From: Candidatus Micrarchaeaceae archaeon
Lineage (GTDB): Archaea; Micrarchaeota; Micrarchaeia; Micrarchaeales; CABMGC01
Assembly: GCA_038877255.1 (NCBI GenBank)
Contig: JAVYWZ010000006.1
Location: 1 to 43,425 of the forward strand
Direction: 5' to 3'
Length of the DNA stretch: 43,425 bases
This document shows positions 27,942 through 38,533 of this stretch, piece after piece. The number at the start of each line of letters is the position of its first letter. Position 1 is the first letter of the stretch. Both the position numbers and the translations under genes were made by a program. The notes below the pieces were generated by a model that was given only the letters and a program-made list of their open reading frames with translations, searched no databases and was not told the origin of the DNA.

Positions 27942-28330
27942 CACTGAAACGCATAGTGGAAGGCAATTTTGATTCTGAGGCGCTTGTTTCTCTTACTCCT
28001 ATCTCTTTCTTTGGAGATATAGATCCAAATACAGGAGTTGTAAAAGACCAGAACTCAAACATATTCGGAAAAAGCGTAAAGGGCAAGCTGCTGATACTGC
28101 CTGGCACACGAGGAAGTACTGTAGGCTCTTATGTGCTTTACGCACTGGCAAAGAACGGCGTTGCGCCTAGCGGTATAATTGTGAAAACCGCAGAGCCGAT
28201 ACTTATTGTAGGCTGCATACTTGGCAATATTCCTCTTGCTTCTGGTCTTACTGATAATTATATAGATGAAAAGATCAGTGGGAAGAGTGTCTTTCTCGAC
28301 AGTGAGACTGCAGAGTTAGTTGTACGATAG
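27938..28330 (+). CDS. Phosphomevalonate dehydratase small subunit (aconitase X swivel domain, DUF126)
   Basis: ISFFGDIDPNTG and RGSTVGSY motifs; ATGA overlap with the large subunit. Confidence 0.9.
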   Translation: MTLKRIVEGNFDSEALVSLTPISFFGDIDPNTGVVKDQNSNIFGKSVKGKLLILPGTRGSTVGSYVLYALAKNGVAPSGIIVKTAEPILIVGCILGNIPLASGLTDNYIDEKISGKSVFLDSETAELVVR

Positions 28331-28404
28331 GGCCATTTCAACTGGCTTTTCAATTCAAAATGGCTCGAATGCCAATTGCAAAGCGCGAAAGCAAAAGTCG
28401 GGTT

Positions 28405-29412
28405 TCAGGTAATTGCTTTCTTAAGTTTCTTGGCGCCTTCCAATGAGACATTTATACGCATACAGTTAAAACCAGAGTCTTTCATTGCCTCCTCAAGCCC
28501 TTCTGTGTTTATTGCTATTGCTATGCCGCCTCCTCCGCCTCCGCTGAGCTTTGCTCCGTAAGACCCATTTTTTCTAGCAAGCTCTACTGCTTTGTCAAGT
28601 CCTGTGCTCGAAACTCCAAGCGTTTTCAGAAACTCATGATCTTTGAACATTTCTTCTCCTAACAGTTTGATGTCGCCTTTTGTAAGCGCTAGCAAGCCTG
28701 CCTTTGTGCAAGCCTCTATCTTGTTCAGCGTGCGTTCAGTCTCTGCCTTTTTATGCTCCATCAGATACGCAACGTGACCTACTGTTTCAGCTGTGCTTTT
28801 CTTGGGCCCTGTGTCTATTGCCAGTAGCTTCAGCTCAACGTTTGAATTTAACTTTTTTGCTCCCTCTTCATGCGAATAAGTTACGAAGCCACCTAAGTAT
28901 GACGTATTTATGTCTATTCGACCGGCGCCCTCACTCCTATGCATGACTATTTCACCTATCCTAGCAAGCTCTACTGATTCTTGGTCGCTGCTTCCTGTTT
29001 CTTCAAGCAGCGCAACGGCCATTGCCGTCGAAAGTGCGGCGCTGCTAGCAAACCCCTTTTTAATGGGTATTTTTGAGCGCAATACAATCCTCTTGAAATC
29101 TATTCCGAATTCGGCGTTTGCAGAAGCAAGTATAGTGGCAAACGGAAGAAAATTGGCATAAGCACTATTGTTTGCAACATATTCTTCTATGCTTTTTCTC
29201 GACATAAAAGACCTGTAGAGTTTGTTGAGCTCGTCTATGCTGAATTTTTTCTTCTCGCCAATATCAGCAAGCTCTATCAAAAAGCCACTGCTGTCTTCAG
29301 CGTGCGCAGTAGCGTATATGTTTATTGCCATTGCCAAAGAAAGTTTGCCATACACTACCGCATGCTCTCCTAGGAGCTTTATTACGCCTGGCGCACTTGC
29401 TTCAATTTCCAT
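28405..29412 (-). CDS. mvk: Mevalonate kinase
   Basis: GHMP motifs APGVIKLLGEHAVVYG, IPIKKGFASSAA and GAKLSGGGGGG. Confidence 0.93.
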   Translation of the reverse strand: MEIEASAPGVIKLLGEHAVVYGKLSLAMAINIYATAHAEDSSGFLIELADIGEKKKFSIDELNKLYRSFMSRKSIEEYVANNSAYANFLPFATILASANAEFGIDFKRIVLRSKIPIKKGFASSAALSTAMAVALLEETGSSDQESVELARIGEIVMHRSEGAGRIDINTSYLGGFVTYSHEEGAKKLNSNVELKLLAIDTGPKKSTAETVGHVAYLMEHKKAETERTLNKIEACTKAGLLALTKGDIKLLGEEMFKDHEFLKTLGVSSTGLDKAVELARKNGSYGAKLSGGGGGGIAIAINTEGLEEAMKDSGFNCMRINVSLEGAKKLKKAIT

Positions 29413-29513
29413 AAGTAAAAATCGAAATGTAACTATAAATATAATAAGGTAATATTGAGAAAGTAATAAATATAAGAAAAGAGTGTTTTATGCTCTATTC
29501 GTAAGGTAAGCGT

Positions 29514-30074
29514 ATGTTACAGGATGACGCACGGCAGCAAGTTGTGCTTGTTGATGAGAATGATAGGCAGATTGGCGTAGCAGACAAGCTCGCTGCGCAC
29601 CGAAACGGAGCACTATTGCATAGGGCATTCTCTATATTCATATTCAATAGCAAGGGCCAGACCATGCTTCAGAAAAGGGCCCTCGGAAAATATCATTCTG
29701 AAGGAAAGTGGAGCAATACCTGCTGCTCGCATCCAATGGTTGGCGAAAGCGTGCTAGCAGGCGCGCACAGGCGCCTTAAGGAAGAGATGGGCTTCGATTG
29801 CAATCTTTCAGAGATGTTCTCTTTCACCTATAAAGCAGATGTTGGAAACGGTTTTACAGAATGGGAATATGATCATGTAATCTTCGGAATTTATGATGGC
29901 GAGCCCAAGCTCAACAAGCAAGAGGCGTCTGATTATTCTTGGGTAAACCTAGACGACCTAAAAGCAGATATTGAAAGAAACCCAGAAAAGTATACGCCTT
30001 GGTTAAGAATATGCATTGCTAAAGTCGTATCTGCCTATGGCACATTTGCAAAAAATAACGGCAAAAATAGGTAA
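29514..30074 (+). CDS. idi: Isopentenyl-diphosphate delta-isomerase, type 1 (Nudix-like)
   Basis: Motifs LHRAFSIF, WSNTCCSHP, RRLKEEMG, EWEYDH and YTPW. Confidence 0.95.
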   Translation: MLQDDARQQVVLVDENDRQIGVADKLAAHRNGALLHRAFSIFIFNSKGQTMLQKRALGKYHSEGKWSNTCCSHPMVGESVLAGAHRRLKEEMGFDCNLSEMFSFTYKADVGNGFTEWEYDHVIFGIYDGEPKLNKQEASDYSWVNLDDLKADIERNPEKYTPWLRICIAKVVSAYGTFAKNNGKNR

Positions 30075-30078
30075 TGCC

Positions 30079-31068
30079 TTGGTAAAAAATTCAAATGCTG
30101 AATTAATCAAGCGATTGCATTATGGCAGTGCGAAGAGAGGATATCTTGGCAAAGAAGTTGTTGATGTAAAGCTGCACAAAGGAATGACAGTTAAGCAGCT
30201 TTTGGAATCAATGCGCTACATAGGAGGCTTCTCTGCTCAGCATATGATTTATGGAATAGAAATACTGCAGCGCATGATCGACGATAAACGCTCATTTAAT
30301 TTTATATCTTTTCCTGCTGATATAATAGCGACAGGCCTCCGCGGCGTCATAGCAAGCTCGTTAAAGTATTTTGATGCTGTAATAACAACTGGCGGCACAA
30401 TAGACCATGACCTTGCGCGTTCTTTTAGCGGCAAGTACAGGTTAGGAAGCTTTTATGCTGATGATGCAGAGCTTCACAAGGCAAACATTTATCGGCTTGG
30501 CAACGTGTTTATAGGGCAAAAGGATTATGGAATGGAAGTTGAGAAGCACTTCTATGAAATAATGAACAAGATTTACGAGCATAATTCCAAAAAAGAATAC
30601 AGTGCCAGCGAACTGCTTTATGAGTTTGGCAAGCATATAAGTGATGATGGCTCAATACTAAGGCAGGCTTACCTTCATAACGTACCTATATTTGCACCAG
30701 GCATCCTTGATGGCGCATTCGGCACCCATCTCTCAATCTTTTCGCAGAATCACGATTTCAAGCTCAATCTCATAAAAGATGAGCTAACGCTCAGCAACAT
30801 AGCCTTTGACAACAAAGTCACAGGCGCATTCATGGTAGGCGGGGGCATAAGCAAACATCATGTGATATGGTGGAATCAATTCAAAGGTGGTCTTGATTAT
30901 GCGGTATATATAACAACGGCAACCCAGTTTGACGGCAGCCTATCTGGTGCAAGGCTGAGCGAAGCGGTATCGTGGGGCAAAGTAAAAGAGCATGCAGCGT
31001 ATGTGACAATAGACGGTGACGCCACAATAATAATGCCGTTCATGTTTGCCGCAGCGTCGCTTGTGTAG
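30079..31068 (+). CDS. dys: Deoxyhypusine synthase
   Basis: Motifs TGG…DHD, GGGISKHH and DGSLSGARLSEAVSWGK (active-site Lys). TTG start estimated. Confidence 0.93.
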   Translation: MVKNSNAELIKRLHYGSAKRGYLGKEVVDVKLHKGMTVKQLLESMRYIGGFSAQHMIYGIEILQRMIDDKRSFNFISFPADIIATGLRGVIASSLKYFDAVITTGGTIDHDLARSFSGKYRLGSFYADDAELHKANIYRLGNVFIGQKDYGMEVEKHFYEIMNKIYEHNSKKEYSASELLYEFGKHISDDGSILRQAYLHNVPIFAPGILDGAFGTHLSIFSQNHDFKLNLIKDELTLSNIAFDNKVTGAFMVGGGISKHHVIWWNQFKGGLDYAVYITTATQFDGSLSGARLSEAVSWGKVKEHAAYVTIDGDATIIMPFMFAAASLV

Positions 31069-31076
31069 GTGCTTAT

Positions 31077-32513
31077 TTGATCGAAAAACCCAACATAATA
31101 TTTGTCATGCTCGACACAATGCGCGCCGACTATTTGAGAATGTATTCTGGTTCTTTATATCTGCCTGTAATCGAGAACGTTGCAAAAAACGGAGTGATAT
31201 ATGAGAATGCAATAGCCCCAGGTACATATACTGCACCGTCACATGCATCGTTATTTCTCGGAAAGAGGGTAAAGCACATCAAAATATTTTCAAAAGATTT
31301 ATTCAATGCATATGACAAAAACATAGATCCGTTCGTAGAACACGTGCACTACTTGACGAATACAGATGTCACAGTCGCGGCAAAGCTTAAATACTTAGGT
31401 TATAAGACCGCACTCTTCTCAAACAATCCTTTCCTGTCGAGGGGCACCAATCTTGCTAACGGCTTCGATTATGTAAACAACATCTGGTTAGATGACAAAA
31501 TCGCGAAAAACATGCTTACAAAACTCGAGCTTGGCATAGTCGCCAATAAAAATCTGAGAAGTGGATTTATAAACTTGTCATATATGATTTCAAGGCTTGT
31601 CACCCAAAACAAACTCGATGAACTTTATCTATTGTTAAAACGCAAGCTTGATGCGCATTTTGCCCAAAAATATGGCTTTTTCAAGCTCGATGCCGGCGCA
31701 CGCAAGACGAATGCGAAAATTAAAAGATACGTTGAACACACTGAAAACACAGGCAATTTCATATTTGTAAACTACATGGAAGGCCACGAAGGTTATCCTA
31801 CGAACCTTGTCGGTAATGGCCATGCTGAGATAGATCAGGAGAAATGGCTCTACCTTGCAGGGCTTTCTGATTATTCAGGCGTCAAGATAATAAGCAAGGC
31901 ATATGAGAAGCGGCTTGCATACTTAGATTCGAAAGTAGGAGAGCTTCTGTCAGTACTCAAAAGCTCAGGCATACTTGACAATGCAGTATTGATCCTCGCA
32001 AGCGACCATGGCCAAGCGTTTGCAGAGCACGGGCTTATGTACCATAACATGTTTCCATTCCAGGAGCTTGCGCATGTTCCTTTGATAACTGCAAGATTTA
32101 TTGACGGCAAGCAGGTACATTCCAAGGAGCGTGTTGAAAAGCCAGTTAGCCTTTCCGCATTGCATCAATCAATTCTCGACATAGGCACCGCGTTTGCTGA
32201 CGATATAAATGGCAACCTGCGTGCAGACAATTTCGTATTCTCAGAGCATGTCGGCATAACTGAATTCTGGGATTTAGGCCTGCTCAACAAGCTCAAAAAG
32301 AGATCTGTTTACGCTAGCAAAATATATGCTGCAAAGAAAAGGCTCAATACCTTTGCCACTGCAGTATACTATCGTGGATTCAAGCTGATCATTTACAAGG
32401 ATAAACGCTTAGAGTTGTATGATTTAAAAGCAGATCCTGGTGAAACAGAAAACATAATTTCACGCAACAGAAGCATTGCTCATAAGCTGCTTGCTGCAGA
32501 GCATGCAGCGTGA
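31077..32513 (+). CDS. Sulfatase-like hydrolase/transferase (alkaline phosphatase superfamily)
   Basis: Motifs [26 protein letters not shown] (Thr at the nucleophile position), SDHG, HVPL and [11 protein letters not shown]. Confidence 0.85.
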   Translation: MIEKPNIIFVMLDTMRADYLRMYSGSLYLPVIENVAKNGVIYENAIAPGTYTAPSHASLFLGKRVKHIKIFSKDLFNAYDKNIDPFVEHVHYLTNTDVTVAAKLKYLGYKTALFSNNPFLSRGTNLANGFDYVNNIWLDDKIAKNMLTKLELGIVANKNLRSGFINLSYMISRLVTQNKLDELYLLLKRKLDAHFAQKYGFFKLDAGARKTNAKIKRYVEHTENTGNFIFVNYMEGHEGYPTNLVGNGHAEIDQEKWLYLAGLSDYSGVKIISKAYEKRLAYLDSKVGELLSVLKSSGILDNAVLILASDHGQAFAEHGLMYHNMFPFQELAHVPLITARFIDGKQVHSKERVEKPVSLSALHQSILDIGTAFADDINGNLRADNFVFSEHVGITEFWDLGLLNKLKKRSVYASKIYAAKKRLNTFATAVYYRGFKLIIYKDKRLELYDLKADPGETENIISRNRSIAHKLLAAEHAA

Positions 32514-32544
32514 AGCAATACAATCAATACAATCATGTGATAAA

Positions 32545-33705
32545 ATGTCTAGTTACTTTGTTACATCAGAGAGCGTTACTGAGGGGCATCCGGACAAGGT
32601 CGCTGATCTTGTTTCCGACTCTGTGCTGGATGCAATATTGGAAAAAGATCCTGTAGCGCATGTTGACTGCGAAACGCTGATTATGCAGGGAATGGTTGTC
32701 GTTACAGGCCAAATAAGCACTAGCGCGCACGTCAACATACCATCAGTAGTGAGAGATACGCTTAAGCGCATAGGCCTCGACGATGCAAAAGACGGGCTCG
32801 ACTGGGCAACTTGCGGCGTTGTGGTGTCAATCGAGGAACAATCGCAAGACATAGCTCTAGGAGTCAAAGAAACAAACGGTGCTGAGCTTGGCGCCGGCGA
32901 TCAGGGGTTTGTCTTTGGATATGCATGCAAGGAAACACCAGAACTTATGCCTATGCCTATAATGCTGGCGCATGCGCTGGTAAGGCGGCTTACTGAGTGC
33001 AGAAAAAATGGCACAATACCTTATCTTAGACCGGATGGAAAGTCACAGGTAACAGTGGAATATGTTGATAACAAGCCAAAGAGGGTAAGCGCAATAGTAA
33101 TTGCTGCACAGCACGATGCAAACGTGAGTATAAGCAAGGTAAGGAGCGACATTAAAAACAAAGTTATCAAAAAGGTAATTCCTTCGACAATGCTTAGCAG
33201 TAGCACCAAGATAATAATAAACGGGACTGGCAGATTTGTAATAGGAGGCACATTGGCAGACTCCGGTCTTACCGGCAGGAAAACAATTGTTGATGGCTAT
33301 GGTGGCATTGGCAAGTCAGGCGGAGGCTGCTTCAGTGGAAAAGATCCTACAAAGGTAGACAGATCTGGTGCATATTACGCTAGGTATATAGCAAAGAACA
33401 TTGTGGCTTCTGGCCTTGCCGATGTGTGTGAAGTGCAGATAGCATATGCAATAGGACAAGCAGAGCCTGTAGGCTTTTACGTAAAAACAGAAGGCACAGG
33501 CAAGCTCAGCGACGAAGAACTTGCAAAAATAATAAAGAAGCATTTTGACATGAGGCCAGCAGCTATTATAAAAGAGCTTAATCTGAGGCGACCAATATAC
33601 AGAGAGACAGCAGCCTATGGGCATTTCGGCAGAAAAGGGAAGGGCTTCACTTGGGAAATAACCGACAAGGCAGAGCTATTGAGCAGGTATCTGCCCAAGC
33701 AATAA
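32545..33705 (+). CDS. metK: S-adenosylmethionine synthetase, bacterial/eukaryotic type
   Basis: Motifs [48 protein letters not shown] and YGHFG. Confidence 0.96.
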   Translation: MSSYFVTSESVTEGHPDKVADLVSDSVLDAILEKDPVAHVDCETLIMQGMVVVTGQISTSAHVNIPSVVRDTLKRIGLDDAKDGLDWATCGVVVSIEEQSQDIALGVKETNGAELGAGDQGFVFGYACKETPELMPMPIMLAHALVRRLTECRKNGTIPYLRPDGKSQVTVEYVDNKPKRVSAIVIAAQHDANVSISKVRSDIKNKVIKKVIPSTMLSSSTKIIINGTGRFVIGGTLADSGLTGRKTIVDGYGGIGKSGGGCFSGKDPTKVDRSGAYYARYIAKNIVASGLADVCEVQIAYAIGQAEPVGFYVKTEGTGKLSDEELAKIIKKHFDMRPAAIIKELNLRRPIYRETAAYGHFGRKGKGFTWEITDKAELLSRYLPKQ

Positions 33706-33760
33706 CAAGAAGCTTGAAAAGAATAAGATTGACTAGGAAATGCAAGCTAGGAAATGCAAG

Positions 33761-34066
33761 CTATGAAATAGTAACCTCTATTTGTACTGAATCTGGCACA
33801 GGTATACGCATTACCTGCCTGAGCGACTGGTCGCTGCCATCTATCTCTACAAGCCACTTATGCACGCGCATCTCCCAGTGATCATAGGTATCTGAGCCGT
33901 CACCACAAGGAGTCTTCCTTGTCGCAATTATCATGTGCTTTGTAGGCAATGGCACTGGCCCTTTATACTTTACGCCTGTGCCCTTTGCTATATCTATTAT
34001 CTGCTTTGAAACGTCTCTTGCAGCTTCTTTGGAGCGGCTTATAAGTTTTATTCTTGCTATTGTCGT
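33761..34066 (-). CDS. rps10: 30S ribosomal protein uS10; apparent ACG start codon
   Basis: (M)TIARIKLIS…GPVPLPTK…TRKTPCGDGSDTYDHWEMRVHK. The 101-aa frame begins at an ACG 4 nt after GGTGA. Confidence 0.9.
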   Translation of the reverse strand, partial: TTIARIKLISRSKEAARDVSKQIIDIAKGTGVKYKGPVPLPTKHMIIATRKTPCGDGSDTYDHWEMRVHKWLVEIDGSDQSLRQVMRIPVPDSVQIEVTIS

Positions 34067-34084
34067 TGCTTCACCGTTTAGTTT

Positions 34085-35356
34085 TCAACCCTGCCTTTTG
34101 ACCACATCAAGCACTATGCCTGCAGCAACAGTTCGGCCCATGTCCCTTACTGCAAACCTGCCAAGCTGTGGAAAGTCGCTGTATTTCTCGATGACCGTTG
34201 GCTTTGTAGGTTTTACCTTTACTATCGCTACGTCACCGTTCTTTATGAATTCTGGATTCTTCTGCAGTGTTTGGCCTGTCTTAGGATCTTTCTTTTCTAC
34301 TATTTCAGAGATAGTGCATGCAACTTGCGCTGTATGTATGTGAAATACAGGGGTATAGCCCGGCGCTATTGCCGTAGGATGGTTCATCACGACAATCTGA
34401 GCCGTAAACTCATCAGCTACCGTGGGCGGGCTGCTTACAGGACCAACCACATCTCCCCTTTTCAAGTCCTTCTTTTCAACCCCTTTTATGTTAAAGCCAA
34501 TGTTGTCGCCAGGCTCTGCCTGCTGCAACGCCTGATGGTGCATCTCTATGCTCTTTACGTCGGTCTTTATACCAGGTGGCATTATTATGATTAGGTCTCC
34601 AGGTTTCATAACTCCTGTTTCAACCCTGCCTACAGGCACAGTGCCGAATCCCGAGACTGAATAAACATCTTGCAAAGGCAACCTCAACGGCTTGTCAAGT
34701 GGCTTCTGAGGCAGAACAAAAGTATCAAGTGCCTGGAGCAACGTCGGGCCAGAATACCATGTCATCTTGTCTGATGGCTTTGCTACGTTGTCGCCTTGCA
34801 GTGCTGAATAAGGCACAAATAACATTTTGCTAACGTCATACCCTATCGACTTAAGCAGCGTGCTTACCTGTGTCTTTACATCGTCGAACTTAATCCTGTC
34901 ATAGCCTACTGCATCCATCTTGTTTATGCCTATTACCATCTGGCTTATTCCAAGGACTTTTGCAAGGTATGCATGCTCCCTTGTCTGTGGCTGTATGCCT
35001 TCAGTAGCAGATACCACAAGCACAGCAGCGTCTGCTTGGCTTGTGCCTGTTATCATGTTCTTTACGAAGTCCCTGTGGCCCGGTGCATCAATTACAGTGA
35101 AATAATATTTTGGCGTTCGGAATTCCCTTTCGGCGATATCTATGGTCATGCCTCTTTCTCGCTCTTCCTTAAGCTCGTCAGTTACATAGGCGAATTCCAA
35201 AGTAGCCTGATTGTACTTTGCCTCCTCGTCTTTTAACTTTCTAAGCTCTTGCTCATTTACTGCTCCGGTTTCATAAAGGAGCCTTCCGACTGTAGTTGAC
35301 TTGCCATGGTCTATATGGCCTATGAAGATTAAATTCATGTGCGGCTTTTCTGCCAT
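34085..35356 (-). CDS. tuf: Translation elongation factor 1-alpha
   Basis: Motifs [30 protein letters not shown] and [10 protein letters not shown]. Confidence 0.98.
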   Translation of the reverse strand: MAEKPHMNLIFIGHIDHGKSTTVGRLLYETGAVNEQELRKLKDEEAKYNQATLEFAYVTDELKEERERGMTIDIAEREFRTPKYYFTVIDAPGHRDFVKNMITGTSQADAAVLVVSATEGIQPQTREHAYLAKVLGISQMVIGINKMDAVGYDRIKFDDVKTQVSTLLKSIGYDVSKMLFVPYSALQGDNVAKPSDKMTWYSGPTLLQALDTFVLPQKPLDKPLRLPLQDVYSVSGFGTVPVGRVETGVMKPGDLIIIMPPGIKTDVKSIEMHHQALQQAEPGDNIGFNIKGVEKKDLKRGDVVGPVSSPPTVADEFTAQIVVMNHPTAIAPGYTPVFHIHTAQVACTISEIVEKKDPKTGQTLQKNPEFIKNGDVAIVKVKPTKPTVIEKYSDFPQLGRFAVRDMGRTVAAGIVLDVVKRQG

Positions 35357-35523
35357 AAAATCTCCCTTAAACATAAGTAGTTTTGGCTTTTAATTGCTTT
35401 CATATTGCTTCTATAATCAGTTAGTTTACAGCTATGACATTCAACGATAAATTTATTTCTAATACATATAAATATCTTTGCATATTTTCTTCGTCTGCAA
35501 TGCCAAGTTTAATTTCGCATTGC

Positions 35524-37164
35524 CTATTGAAAACTGCCAATTTTCTTTATCTGCTCTTCGGTTAGCTTGCTAAAGAGTGGTGCCAGATCAGAAAGATCGA
35601 GCTTCCTGCCTGCAATGTCTTCTTGCAGATTATCTAGTTTATGCTCAGTAGCGAAGAATCTGCATATTCTGTCGCTCGAATCCGGCATGAAAGGATATAG
35701 CAGAATGCCTATGTCATGCGCAAGCTTTGCGCAGGCAAAAACAACGCCATCTGTATCTTGGTTTTGATTTTTAAGCGCTTTCCACGGTTCTTTGGCGCTC
35801 ATAAACTCATTTCCCATGGATGCGATTGCAACAACTGAACGCAGGGCTTCACGCATTTGCAAGTGCTCAAAATAATCGACGTATCTTTTCTCTTCCTGTG
35901 CGACATTTTCAAGCAGCGCTTCTACGTCATCGTCATGTGCTCCTGCAACTGGTATTGTGCTTGAGAAATTGGTCTTTATGAAAGAGAGCGTTCTGTGCAC
36001 AAAGTTGCCGATTATGTCATTAAGCTCATTGTTTATGGCCTGTTCAAGCACCTCTACTGTAAAGTCAGTGTCTGCGGTTTCAGGCAGTATAGAAGCCATG
36101 GCAAAGCGCCAGTATTCGCCAGGCAAGGCCTCTAATGCTTCTTCAAGATTCATGCCTATGTGCCTGCTTTTCGAGAACTTCATGCCATGCCACATGAGAA
36201 ATTCATACGCATAAATAGTTGTGGGCATAACATAGCCTAGGTTGCTGCCCATCAATATAGCGGGCCACATCAACGTATGCGGCTCTATATTATCTTTGCC
36301 CATGAACTGAACGAGCTTTGTGTTGCTGCCAAGCCAATACCGCTCTGCAGTCTCCTTATCGTGCTCATAGGTTATTCCTATATAGCCAATGAGTGCATCG
36401 AACCAGACATAAAATACCTTATCTTCATAGCCCTGCTTTGGCACTGCAAAGCCCCACGCGGTATCGCGCGTTATCTCTCTATTCTTAAGTCCTTTCGCTA
36501 TGTAGCCTTCGCTGTTGTTTATCGCGTTTTTGCTCCAGTTGTTCTTTGCGCCGTTTTCTATAAACTGCTTTATCCTATTTTGCAGTGTTTCCAGGTTCAG
36601 CGCAAGGTTTTTTACTTGTTTGAATGTTATGTCGCTCTTTCCGCAGATGTTGCAATGAGGATTAATAAGCTCCTTAGGCGTCAAAAGCCTGCCGCAGTTG
36701 TCGCACTGGTCTCCGCGCGCGTGTTCATATCCGCAGTATGGGCACGTGCCTTCGATAAACCTATCAGGTATGAATCTCTTATCTATGTTGCAATAAGGTT
36801 GTTCGCTAACTGACTCTGTTAAAAAGCCATTGGAATCCAAGGCGTTGAAGATTTTGTAAACTATAATCTTATTTTGTTCTGTGCCTGTCCTGCCGTAATG
36901 CGTAAACGTGCAGCTGTATTTCTCAAGTATCTGCTTTAGTCGTTCATGGTTCTTGTCGGCAAGCTCCTTTGCAGCAGTGCCCTGCTTCAGCGCGGCAATT
37001 TCTATGGCTGAGCCGTGCTCATCAGAGCCACAGATAAATATTGCGTCTTCGCCTTTTAACATGAGATACTTGTAGTAAATATCAGCAGGCAGTATGCTGC
37101 CTACAAAATTGCCCAAGTGGATCATGTCCTGTACATACGGCAGTGCTGAAGTTATTATTTGCAT
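35524..37164 (-). CDS. metG: Methionyl-tRNA synthetase (short form, no C-terminal tRNA-binding domain)
   Basis: Motifs TSALPY…HLGN, GSDEHG, zinc knuckles, FYVWFDA and KFSKS. Confidence 0.96.
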   Translation of the reverse strand: MQIITSALPYVQDMIHLGNFVGSILPADIYYKYLMLKGEDAIFICGSDEHGSAIEIAALKQGTAAKELADKNHERLKQILEKYSCTFTHYGRTGTEQNKIIVYKIFNALDSNGFLTESVSEQPYCNIDKRFIPDRFIEGTCPYCGYEHARGDQCDNCGRLLTPKELINPHCNICGKSDITFKQVKNLALNLETLQNRIKQFIENGAKNNWSKNAINNSEGYIAKGLKNREITRDTAWGFAVPKQGYEDKVFYVWFDALIGYIGITYEHDKETAERYWLGSNTKLVQFMGKDNIEPHTLMWPAILMGSNLGYVMPTTIYAYEFLMWHGMKFSKSRHIGMNLEEALEALPGEYWRFAMASILPETADTDFTVEVLEQAINNELNDIIGNFVHRTLSFIKTNFSSTIPVAGAHDDDVEALLENVAQEEKRYVDYFEHLQMREALRSVVAIASMGNEFMSAKEPWKALKNQNQDTDGVVFACAKLAHDIGILLYPFMPDSSDRICRFFATEHKLDNLQEDIAGRKLDLSDLAPLFSKLTEEQIKKIGSFQ

Positions 37165-37223
37165 GCAAAAAATTCTCAATTGTATTTTATAAGCGTATAT
37201 GCAAATATGTAGTTAAACGCACT

Positions 37224-37742
37224 TCAAGTATATCTAAGATTTATAGAAGCTATTTCCTGCGTTGTATAGCCATACATTGGAACAGTGTAGTTTAACCAAA
37301 GGTAGCCTATAAACGAATTCCCAACCGGGCCCTTGTCTATGCCACCAGGTCCGTAGCAGTAAACGCTGAATGACTGCGCTGTGCCGCTGTACATGTTAAT
37401 GCCTGTTCCGGGTGCGCTATTCGTTGGATAATAAGCAACAGAATTTGTCACGTATATGTTGCCGAACATCGGTCTGTTTCCTGTTGAATTTGCAAGCGAA
37501 GAGCACGAAAGGCCGTGCACTACTATAGGCGTGCCTATTGCCTGTGCCAGGTTTATTGTTAGAACGCCGCTTGTGTTTATTGCATAACTTTGGCAGGCGA
37601 AGCCAGGCGCCGGGCTGCATGTTGAAGTGGAAAGCACAGGCGTGAGGAATGAAATTTTAACAATGACAGCTATCGCTATCGAAATTACTATAAGTGCTAT
37701 GCCGTATGACATTAAAAAGTCTATAGCCGCTTGCAGGCGCAT
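37224..37742 (-). CDS. Class III signal peptide (pilin-like) protein
   Basis: MRLQ/AAIDFLMSYGIALIVISIAIAVI followed by C…PGFAC, as in the 19556 protein. Confidence 0.75.
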   Translation of the reverse strand: MRLQAAIDFLMSYGIALIVISIAIAVIVKISFLTPVLSTSTCSPAPGFACQSYAINTSGVLTINLAQAIGTPIVVHGLSCSSLANSTGNRPMFGNIYVTNSVAYYPTNSAPGTGINMYSGTAQSFSVYCYGPGGIDKGPVGNSFIGYLWLNYTVPMYGYTTQEIASINLRYT

Positions 37743-37897
37743 TGTCATCAACTAAGACAATAGATTTTCATGCTTTTATTACTTTTTACTGTGTTGCACT
37801 GTGCAAGGCGCAAGCAACGCTATTTATTTATATCTTTTCTTAGAAATACGTATTGCTGTTTCTCCCGCAATCACTGCAATTTGCAGGAGGGATTTAC

Positions 37898-38533
37898 ATG
37901 CTTGAAGACAAATACCCTGAATTTGAGAAGTTCTTATCAGAGAACAAGGCCAAGCGCAAGTTTAAACAAACAGTAGAGCTTGCAATAAACTTCAAAGGCA
38001 TAGACTTCAACGAGCAGAGCAACAGGCTTAACCTTTCTATAACACTTCCTAATGGCAGAGGAAAGAGCAACAAAGTAGCAGTATTCGCCACAGAAAAGGA
38101 TATTATAGAAGACGCAGGCAAGAGCGGAATAAGGGTCATAAGCGGAGAAGAACTTATGAGTATAGCAAACGACAAGCAAAAGCTTAACGACCTGCTTGCA
38201 TACGACCTGCTTGCACAAGCCAGCCTAATGCCGACTATAGCAAGGCAGTTGGGCCAGTTTCTAGGGCCTAAGGGCAAGATGCCAAAGCCCATACTGCCAG
38301 GCAACAGCATAAGCAAAATCGCAAAAGAAAGTGCACAACAGATTGTAATAAAAAGCAGTGGCAAGTTCCTGCCCACTGTGCATTGCACTGTAGGCACTGA
38401 GGACATGGAGCCTTCACAGATATTCGAAAACATAAAAGAAGTGCTTAACACGATAGCAAGTAAGGTGAACACAAACAACATAAAATCAGTTTACGTAAAG
38501 CTCACAATGAGCAAGTCAGAGAGGCTGATATGA
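37898..38533 (+). CDS. rpl1: 50S ribosomal protein uL1
   Basis: Motifs RKFKQTVELAINFK, LGPKGKMP and VYVKLTM. Confidence 0.96.
   Translation: MLEDKYPEFEKFLSENKAKRKFKQTVELAINFKGIDFNEQSNRLNLSITLPNGRGKSNKVAVFATEKDIIEDAGKSGIRVISGEELMSIANDKQKLNDLLAYDLLAQASLMPTIARQLGQFLGPKGKMPKPILPGNSISKIAKESAQQIVIKSSGKFLPTVHCTVGTEDMEPSQIFENIKEVLNTIASKVNTNNIKSVYVKLTMSKSERLI

Noticed and set aside
33733..33763. 14-bp tandem duplication CTAGGAAATGCAAG between metK and rps10
   Set aside because: Only two copies with no intervening element; most likely slippage.
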